Below are positions 63,330 to 64,000 of a stretch of 64,000 nt of DNA, in pieces; the first letter of the stretch is position 1; each line of letters begins with the position of its first letter. The notes under the pieces were generated by a model that was not told the origin of the DNA, did no database searches, and saw nothing but the letters and a program-made list of their open reading frames with translations. The DNA is from Lobosporangium transversale (lineage: Eukaryota). Position numbers and translations under genes: made by a program. Where the stretch lies: positions 62,001-126,000 of the forward strand of contig NW_019029023.1 in assembly GCF_002105155.1 (NCBI RefSeq), read 5' to 3'.

Positions 63330-64000
63330 ATGAGGACAGCTGCCATTACCCGCATTCTTACAGCACAGCGCCTGTCCACAGCCTTCAGAATCGACCAGAC
63401 CGTTGCTACAAAGACACCAGAGAACTTTTGGCAATCGTGCTTTCAGCGAGCGTACACACGCTTTGCAGCAGCCATCCAAGAGCAAAAGACCCACTCACTC
63501 AAAGCACGATGTTCTTCCTTGCTATCACTGTCACTGTGCACTGATCATTTGTCATGCCCTACATGGCATCGCCTCAAGAAGATCCAGCGTTACGATCGCC
63601 ATCTTACCAGCGCTGCGGCCACCATCCCTAATTCCGGTCTCACACAGCCAACGCTCAACGAGCCCGCATTGGCGCATACAACATCAACTAAGGGATCTTT
63701 GACCGGGATAGGTACATCTAAAAAGCCTTTCACCAGGCATGAACGATCGCATCGATCAATTAGGGGCTTGATGTATAAATTGTCCCAGGCATTGAGGTGT
63801 GAAGACCTTGATGCGGCTCTAAGGTTTTATCTTTTGATTCGCAAAGAGATATTTTCTCGTCGTCTCGGTCAGCCGCTGTTCCGATGTCAATGCAGACTTG
63901 TAGAGTTAATTCATAGCAGTCGACTAGAAATGCTTGAATCCGGGAATAACCAATCTCATACCCGCCTGTCTGCGCGGTATGATCGACAGCGCCATATGGT
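63330..64000 (+). CDS. Partial ORF running off the window (>223 aa), likely mitochondrially targeted, possibly PPR-like
   Basis: The frame from ATG 63330 has no stop to the window end and is absent from the ORF track. Its N-terminus MRTAAITRILTAQRLSTAFR is R/A/T/L-rich and acid-free. It is followed by helical LSQALRCEDLDAALRFYLLIR. Confidence 0.6.
   Translation, partial: MRTAAITRILTAQRLSTAFRIDQTVATKTPENFWQSCFQRAYTRFAAAIQEQKTHSLKARCSSLLSLSLCTDHLSCPTWHRLKKIQRYDRHLTSAAATIPNSGLTQPTLNEPALAHTTSTKGSLTGIGTSKKPFTRHERSHRSIRGLMYKLSQALRCEDLDAALRFYLLIRKEIFSRRLGQPLFRCQCRLVELIHSSRLEMLESGNNQSHTRLSARYDRQRHM

Overview
AT-rich, intron-containing eukaryotic genomic DNA, most likely from an early-diverging fungus of the Mortierellomycotina type. 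That assignment is an inference from the Crinkler-effector and F-box family styles and was not checked by any search. Long poly(A)/poly(T) tracts fill most introns and intergenic spacers and create most of the short spurious ORFs in the track. I reconstructed about 17 spliced protein-coding genes by eye: AIG1/GIMAP-like GTPase, POP1, a stathmin-like coiled-coil protein, 5-hydroxyisourate hydrolase, RPS8, dynein light chain LC8, perilipin-like, GPD1, F-box/RNI-like, a PY-motif membrane protein with a bacterial 'sensor'-like domain, NVJ2/TEX2-like, UTP21, FAT1, BRC1/RTT107-like, an unknown protein, SPC24 and a partial, probably mitochondrial, ORF. The main accessory segment is about 10.0-16.2 kb. 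It holds a disrupted Crinkler-type gene (ubiquitin-like header, P-loop NTPase, PD-(D/E)xK nuclease) lying co-oriented next to a disrupted herpes-UL9/NCLDV-like origin-binding SF2 helicase, possibly the fossil of a virus-like or mobile element carrying an effector. Other leads are the fungal stathmin-like gene, the bacterial-type sensor domain and a hairpin over the RPS8 5' splice site. I recognised no tRNA, rRNA or CRISPR. All family calls are by-eye motif recognition without database searches.
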